Source: Deltaproteobacteria bacterium RBG_16_64_85 (lineage in GTDB: Bacteria; Desulfobacterota; Deferrimicrobia; Deferrimicrobiales; Deferrimicrobiaceae). Taken from it: 64,000 nt of DNA. Positions 60,699 to 64,000 of this stretch are shown in pieces. The notes below the pieces were generated by a model, which saw only the letters and a program-made list of their open reading frames with translations, was not told the origin of the DNA and searched no databases. Made by a program: the position numbers and the translations under genes. The DNA lies in contig MGQW01000008.1 of NCBI GenBank assembly GCA_001798885.1, forward strand, positions 1,146-65,145. Direction: 5' to 3'. The first letter of the stretch is position 1. Every line of letters starts with the position of its first letter.

Positions 60699-61325
60699 AT
60701 GGAGGCGAACTGGCTCGGGCAGGTGGAGTACCGGCAGGCGCTGGAGCTCCAGATGCAATGCATCGGGCGGCGAGCGGCCGGGGAGATTCCCGACATCCTT
60801 CTCCTGCTGACTCACCCGCACGTCTACACGATCGGCCGGATCGGCGACGACGCCAACCTGCTCGTCCCTCCCGATCTGCTGGCGCGGGAAGGGATCCCCT
60901 TGGCGAGGATTTCGCGAGGCGGCGACATCACCTACCACGGGCCCGGGCAGCTGGTCGGCTATCCCATCGTGCTGCTTTCCCGGCCCGACGTCCACCGGTT
61001 CGTCCGCAGCATCGAGGCCGCCCTCATCGAGGCGCTTTCGCAATTCGGCGTCTCCGGCGCGCGCATCGAGGGGCTTACCGGCGTGTGGACGATGGGGAAA
61101 AAGATCGCCTCGATCGGGATCGGCGTGCGGCGGTGGGTCACGTATCACGGCTTCGCCCTGAACGTGGACACCGATCTGTCGTATTTCCGGCGCATTCACC
61201 TGTGCGGACTGAAAGGCCGCGAGGCGACTTCCATCGCGGAAGCCACCGGCAGGAAGGTCCCGATGGAGGCGGTTTGCGACGCCGTTACGCTCGCCTGCGG
61301 GAACCATCTGCGGGGGTTTTCATGA
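60699..61325 (+). CDS. lipB: Octanoyltransferase LipB
   Basis: RGGDITYHGPGQ and catalytic C in HLCGLKG. Confidence 0.9.
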   Translation: MEANWLGQVEYRQALELQMQCIGRRAAGEIPDILLLLTHPHVYTIGRIGDDANLLVPPDLLAREGIPLARISRGGDITYHGPGQLVGYPIVLLSRPDVHRFVRSIEAALIEALSQFGVSGARIEGLTGVWTMGKKIASIGIGVRRWVTYHGFALNVDTDLSYFRRIHLCGLKGREATSIAEATGRKVPMEAVCDAVTLACGNHLRGFS

Positions 61326-62179
61326 AGCCGCCGACGCCATTGGTCCGGCCGCCCTGGCTCAAGGTGCGCCCCCCCTCCGGGGAAAAGGTGGAGAGGGTTG
61401 CAGAGGTGCTGCGCCGGTACGGCCTGCGCACGGTATGCCGCGACGCGCGGTGCCCCAACATGGGCGAGTGCTGGGGGGAAGGGACCGCGACCGTTCTCAT
61501 CCTCGGCGAAACGTGCACCCGCGGCTGTGCGTTCTGCAGCGTCGCAACGGGAACCCCTCTCCTCCCGGATCCGCACGAGCCGGCCCGTGTTGCCTGGGCG
61601 GCGGCCGAGCTGGGCTGGAAACACATCGTCGTCACATCGGTGACGCGCGATGACCTGGAAGATGGGGGCGCGTTCCAGTTCGTCGCCGTGGTAAAGGAGA
61701 TCCGGAAGCGGGCTCCGTCGGCAACCGTCGAACTCCTCGTGCCCGACTTCAAGGGGGACCGGGAGGCTCTGCGGCGGGTGGTTGGCGCCTATCCGCACGT
61801 CCTTGCGCACAACGTGGAAACCGTCCCCCGGCTCTACCCCGAGGTGCGGCCGGGGGCGGTTTATCTCCGTTCCCTGGAACTCCTCGGGCACGCGCATGCC
61901 CTTGCGCCCCGGCTCGAGCTCAAATCGGGGCTCATGGTCGGCTTCGGGGAGAGCCGCGAGGAGGTGGTTTCCGTGCTGGAGGACCTCTACGCCGCCGGGG
62001 TCCGGTCCGTCACGCTGGGCCAGTACCTCCCCCCCTCCCGGAATCATCTTCCCGTCAGGGAATATCTGACCGTAGAGGCGTTTTCGATGCTTGCGGACGA
62101 TGCCCGCAGACTGGGGTTTCAGCGGGTCGCGTCCGGGCCGCTGGTGAGAAGTTCCTACAAGGCGGGAACCGGAATGTGA
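61322..62179 (+). CDS. lipA: Lipoyl synthase LipA
   Basis: CxxxCxxC radical-SAM motif (CTRGCAFC) plus auxiliary cluster Cys (CRDARCPNMGEC); ATG overlaps the lipB stop. Confidence 0.95.
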   Translation: MKPPTPLVRPPWLKVRPPSGEKVERVAEVLRRYGLRTVCRDARCPNMGECWGEGTATVLILGETCTRGCAFCSVATGTPLLPDPHEPARVAWAAAELGWKHIVVTSVTRDDLEDGGAFQFVAVVKEIRKRAPSATVELLVPDFKGDREALRRVVGAYPHVLAHNVETVPRLYPEVRPGAVYLRSLELLGHAHALAPRLELKSGLMVGFGESREEVVSVLEDLYAAGVRSVTLGQYLPPSRNHLPVREYLTVEAFSMLADDARRLGFQRVASGPLVRSSYKAGTGM

Positions 62180-63426
62180 TCGGTCGCCCCCCAAGAGACA
62201 TCCTCCACCTGGACATGGATGCCTTTTTCGCATCCGTCGAAATGCTGGACAACCCGGCTCTCAAAGGGAAAGCGGTGATCGTGGGGGGGAGCGAGCGGAG
62301 GGGAGTCGTCTGCGCCGCCTCTTACGAGGCCAGGAAGTTCGGCGTCCACTCCGCCCAACCCACGGCCGCTGCGAAGCGCCTTTGCCCGCATGGAATCTTC
62401 CTGCCCCTGCGCATGGAACGGTACCGGGAAGCGTCCGATCGTGTCTTCGAAATCTTCCACCGCTTTACTCCATTGATCGAAGCACTCTCCATCGACGAAG
62501 CTTTCCTGGACGTGACGGCTTCCACCCGCCTGTTCGGGTCGCCGGAGGCGATCGCGAAGAAGATCAAGGCCGCGGTAAGGAAAGAAACGGGGCTGACCGT
62601 TTCCGCCGGAGTGGCCGCAAGCAAATTCGTCGCGAAAATCGCCTCCGACCTTCGCAAGCCCGACGGGCTCGCCATTGTTCCCCGTGGGAAGGAAAGGGAG
62701 TTCCTGGCGCCTCTTCCCGTGGGCAAACTCTGGGGCGTGGGGAAGGTTACGCAGGCGGAGCTCCACCGCATGGGGGTTGAAACGATCGGAGACCTGAGCC
62801 GTATCTCGGTCGAGGTTCTCGCCAAGAGGTTCGGAAAGCACGGCGTCCTCCTTCACGAGCTTTCCCTGGGGATCGATGAACGGGAGGTGGTGCCCGAGCA
62901 GGAGGCCAGGTCGATCGGGCGCGAGGAAACGTATCCCGAAGACCTCGTGGACATGGAAACGATAAAAAAGGAACTTCTGTCCTTTGCCACCCGGGTCGCG
63001 GAACGGATTCGGCGCCACGGGGTCAAGGGCAGGACGGTCGCCCTGAAGGTGAAATATCATGACTTCACTCTCATCACGCGAGTCGTCAAGCTGGATCACG
63101 GCACCGACGACGGTGGAGAGATCTACCGGAGCGTACTCGCGCTCCTTCCGAAGACGGAGGCGGGAAAGCGGCCGGTCCGCCTGCTGGGGATCGCGGTGTC
63201 CAACCTCAGGGGAGGCGACGAGGTTACTCCTCCCGGAGAACCGGTGCAACTCCCCCTGTTCGGAAAGACTTCGGGTGGCAGGAGCGGGAGCTTCACCGGC
63301 GGGAAGGGGGATGCCCCCCCGGTTTCCCGGGAAAAGAAGGAAAAGCTCAATCGCGCAGTCGACCGGATCCGGGAGAAGTTCGGGAAGAAGGGGATATGTC
63401 CTGCGACGCTGATCGGCGAGGAGTGA
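62176..63426 (+). CDS. dinB: DNA polymerase IV (DinB, Y-family) with about 60-aa C-terminal extension
   Basis: HLDMDAFFASVE, SIDEAFLDV, little-finger domain; ATG overlaps the lipA stop. Confidence 0.9.
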   Translation: MIGRPPRDILHLDMDAFFASVEMLDNPALKGKAVIVGGSERRGVVCAASYEARKFGVHSAQPTAAAKRLCPHGIFLPLRMERYREASDRVFEIFHRFTPLIEALSIDEAFLDVTASTRLFGSPEAIAKKIKAAVRKETGLTVSAGVAASKFVAKIASDLRKPDGLAIVPRGKEREFLAPLPVGKLWGVGKVTQAELHRMGVETIGDLSRISVEVLAKRFGKHGVLLHELSLGIDEREVVPEQEARSIGREETYPEDLVDMETIKKELLSFATRVAERIRRHGVKGRTVALKVKYHDFTLITRVVKLDHGTDDGGEIYRSVLALLPKTEAGKRPVRLLGIAVSNLRGGDEVTPPGEPVQLPLFGKTSGGRSGSFTGGKGDAPPVSREKKEKLNRAVDRIREKFGKKGICPATLIGEE

Positions 63427-63441
63427 TCCACCCGCCGATTC

Positions 63442-64000
63442 CTACGACTTCTGCCCCCGGAAACCGTGGCACTTCGTGCAGGCACCCCCGTCCTTGTTGT
63501 GCTCCTTCATGTCGCTGTGGCAATCGAGGCAGAGGTTGCGTCCGGCGACGGTCCATGCGTGCGGCTTGTGGCAATCGATGCACGCCGTCTCGGCGTGCCC
63601 TCCCTTACGGTGCAGGCCGGAGAGGGGGTCATGGCACTCCTTGCAATCGGAAACGGGCCGCACCTCCTGCACCTTGCGGTGGCAGTCGGCGCACTTCATC
63701 GACGACATCATCGGCGCGGAGGAGTCGATCTTGTGGCACTCCGCGCAATCCGTGGGGGGGCGGTACCCCGCCGAGTGGCACTGGTTGCAGAGGATCCGGC
63801 CATGCTTCCCCGAAAGCTCCACGGGGTGCCACGGCATCCCGCTCTTCGACGCAAAGGTACCGAGGGGCATCAACGGCGAACGCACGGGAAACGTGTGGCA
63901 GACCGCGCACTCCATGCTGAGGATCTTTCCTGTTTTCGACACGTGCCGGCCATCGTGGCATCGGAAGCAGCCCGGCCAGTTCCGGTGCCCGATGTTGGAG
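63442..64000 (-). CDS. Multiheme c-type cytochrome, 3' portion (5' end beyond window edge)
   Basis: At least nine CxxCH motifs within about 185 aa read up to the window edge (CFRCH, CAVCH, CNQCH, CAECH, CADCH, CKECH, CIDCH, CLDCH, CTKCH); the frame stays open to the edge, so the ORF-track start at 63942 is internal. Confidence 0.75.
   Translation of the reverse strand, partial: SNIGHRNWPGCFRCHDGRHVSKTGKILSMECAVCHTFPVRSPLMPLGTFASKSGMPWHPVELSGKHGRILCNQCHSAGYRPPTDCAECHKIDSSAPMMSSMKCADCHRKVQEVRPVSDCKECHDPLSGLHRKGGHAETACIDCHKPHAWTVAGRNLCLDCHSDMKEHNKDGGACTKCHGFRGQKS

Noticed and set aside
63629-63961. 110-aa minus-strand ORF overlapping the terminal cytochrome gene
   Set aside because: Alternative frame of the multiheme cytochrome region with no motifs; the CxxCH-bearing frame is the real one.

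Overview
This is a high-GC bacterial chromosomal segment of about 64 kb, roughly two-thirds G+C by eye. Most of it is densely packed, mostly plus-strand genes, many with 4-nt start/stop overlaps (ATGA, GTGA, TTGA) that indicate long operons. All calls below come from motifs and family signatures read in the translated ORFs and from patterns in the DNA; nothing was searched or computed.

Gene content in order:
- pilT 3' end.
- An archaeal-type shikimate entry pair (ADH synthase AroA' and DHQ synthase II AroB').
- tatA, then a minus-strand operon tatA/B-tatC-hpt-zinc-ribbon protein.
- A six-gene translationally coupled operon built around the RNA ligase RtcB and archease, with a tandem BadF/HgdC-type ATPase fusion, a DUF2229/HgdAB-like partner, a small metallophosphoesterase and a SAM methyltransferase. 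rtcB carries a 1-nt frameshift in a G-run.
- PBP1A and two tandem paralogous lipoproteins.
- A sensor-less histidine kinase, an NtrC-type sigma-54 activator, a sigma-54-type promoter and a CheY-like gene, leading directly into a large heat-shock cluster (dnaK, 2x hsp20, dnaJ-like, htpX, clpA-like, DUF1844, htrA, clpB).
- ispE-spoVG with a tRNA-Gln(UUG), and a HAMP-GAF-HD-GYP protein.
- A ferredoxin followed by a DUF799-like / CsgG-like / PEGA-like lipoprotein cluster.
- rarA, then a lower-GC island (octaheme cytochrome c, OsmC-like, small unknown ORF).
- A nadK-recN-GNAT-pmbA/tldD-HAD-RNase E/G operon.
- lpxH-like, a CaiB/BaiF CoA-transferase, two tandem 2-oxoacid dehydrogenase complexes (the first with an embedded aldehyde dehydrogenase), lipB-lipA-dinB, and a partial multiheme cytochrome c at the window end.

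Two convergent intergenic regions (about 37.06-37.19 kb and 48.88-49.00 kb) share a palindromic ~20-nt repeat family, GGGGACGTTCTTRAACTTTT. No CRISPR array, transposase or integrase was seen.
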